DNA from: the human T2T-CHM13v2.0 reference genome, Homo sapiens | Assembly (NCBI GenBank): GCA_009914755.4 | Contig: CP068257.2 | Span: 41,376,001 to 41,440,000, forward strand | Length of the DNA: 64,000 bases | Direction of reading: 5' to 3' | Shown: positions 62,925 through 64,000 of the stretch, piece by piece | Layout of the letters: each line of letters begins with the position of its first letter | Position numbering within the stretch: position 1 is the stretch's first letter | Made by a program: the position numbers and the translations under genes | Notes under the pieces: model-generated | Database searches by the model: none | Told to the model about the DNA's origin: nothing | What the model saw: only the letters and a program-made list of their open reading frames with translations

Positions 62925-63960
62925 GATTGTGTCCCCTCAAAACTGACATGTTGCAGACCTAACCCCCACTACCTCAGAATATAACCTTATTTGGAGACAG
63001 GGTCTTTAAAGAGGTGATTAAAGCTAAATGAGGCCATTAGACCCTAACCCAGTGACTGGTGTCCTTACACAAAGGGTAATGTGGATGCAGATGCGGAGGG
63101 AGAATGCCCTGCTAGGATGAAAGTGGAGAACAAGGGGGTGCTTCTCCAAGCTAAGGACCACCAAGCAGGGCCAGCAACCCGCAGAAGCCGGAGAGGCCTG
63201 GGACGGAGGTTCCCTCAGCCCCAGAAGGAGCTGTGGCATTAAAGAGTTCAAACTCGCTGGGTGCAGTGGCTCACGCCTGTAATCCCAGCACTTTGGGAGG
63301 CCAAGGCAGGAGGATCACTTGAGCCCAGGAGTTAGAGACCAGCCTAGGCAACATGTAAAACCCTGTCTCTACAAAAATTAGCTGGTGTGGTGGTGTACAC
63401 CTGTGGTCCCAGTGATTCAAGAAACTGAGGCAGGAGGATCACTTGAGCCCAGATCAAGGCCCCAGTGAGCCATGTCCACACCACTGCAAAGTGCGAGACC
63501 CTGTCTCGTAAAAAAGAAACACTATAAGCTATGCACTACCTTGTACGGAAAACGTTGCAACCCTGTCAGACTTCTCTTGTCTCTGCCTCTATGTAAGCGA
63601 GACCTTCCCTTCCCACTCTGGAGCGCTGGCCCATTCTTTTCGAGTCTGTTTCCCGAGTGATGGTTCCCAAGCTTTAAGCTTGAATAAACCCTGGACTTCA
63701 CTGTATTTTATGAATCTCATTATTCAGGGTTGATGGAACCATCCCTGCCAACACCTTGACCCTGGACTTCTGGCCTCCAAGTCTGTGAGACAGTAAGTTG
63801 TCGAAGCACCCACTGTGGGGCCCTTTGCTACAGCAGCCCTGGCGGACTCACACTGGGCCACACGGGGAAAACCGAAGGGGAAGCTCGAGGGCATTTAGGG
63901 CCCACCTGGATGATCCAGGAGTGTCTCTGCATCTCAGGAGCCTCAGCTTCACACCTGCTG
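62925..63960 (+). mobile_element. MLT/MST-type (MaLR-like) LTR, interrupted by an Alu (63258-63518)
   Basis: 5' part tgtgtcccctcaaaactgacatgttgcagacctaacccccac…ggagacagggtctttaaagaggtgattaaagctaaatgaggccattagaccctaacccagtgactggtgtccttacacaaagg…; 3' part …ccaacaccttgaccctggacttctggcctccaagtctgtgagacagtaagttgtcgaagcacccactgtggggccctttgctacagcagccc. The subfamily is uncertain. Confidence 0.55.
63258..63518 (+). mobile_element. Alu (sense, older subfamily) nested in the LTR
   Basis: GCTGGGTGCAGTGGCTCACGCCTGTAATCCCAGCACTTTGGGAGGCCAAGGCAGGAGGATCACTTGAGCCCAGGAGTTAGAGACCAGCCTAGGCAAC…. Confidence 0.85.
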
Positions 63961-64000
63961 GACTCTTTTTCCAAAGAGGGCCCATTCACAGGTTTCAGAG

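Overview
This window is primate (human-type) nuclear genomic DNA, not a prokaryotic locus. I found no sign of an operon, defence island or CRISPR array. The previously-undescribed-system hint is not supported by anything I can read.

The dominant feature is the complete coding region of the TALE homeobox gene PKNOX1 (PREP1) on the + strand. It comprises ten exons (exon 2 to exon 11). When the exons are joined by GT-AG splice sites, every phase closes and they give the 436-aa protein MMATQTLSIDSYQDGQQMQVVTELKTEQDPNCSEPDAEGVSPPPVESQTPMDVDKQAIYRHPLFPLLALLFEKCEQ...NWFINARRRILQPML...LENSDSLQ*. The non-coding exon 1 and the promoter must lie upstream of the window; no CpG island is visible here. This is consistent with human chr21q22.3. 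Because PKNOX1 is + strand and ends near 45-49 kb, the downstream neighbour (CBS, on the opposite strand) is probably not reached.

About a quarter of the window is Alu (roughly 60 copies or fragments, both orientations, several with clear target-site duplications). There are also L1 fragments; these include a ~2.5 kb antisense L1 in intron 5 and a 3'-end piece just upstream of exon 4. A full-length THE1-type MaLR element (LTR-internal-LTR, minus strand) carries a nested Alu. The window further contains an ERV1-type solitary LTR, an MLT-type LTR split by an Alu, a MIR, several microsatellites and three minisatellites.

Features not covered by standard repeat families are as follows. A ~311-bp inverted duplication (~98% identical arms) lies about 5 kb downstream of the stop codon, with a 730-bp spacer holding two Alus. 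A 24-bp G-run minisatellite (~13 copies) and a 55-bp minisatellite (4 copies) sit upstream of exon 2. Upstream ATGs and a 2-codon uORF precede the start codon within exon 2. One Alu is flanked by a 40-bp duplication. Tandem segmental duplications occur in the GC-rich region downstream of the gene.

Almost all ORFs in the supplied six-frame track are Alu, L1 or LTR translations, or chance ORFs in GC-rich DNA. Repeat coordinates are read by eye and are good to about +/-10 bp.
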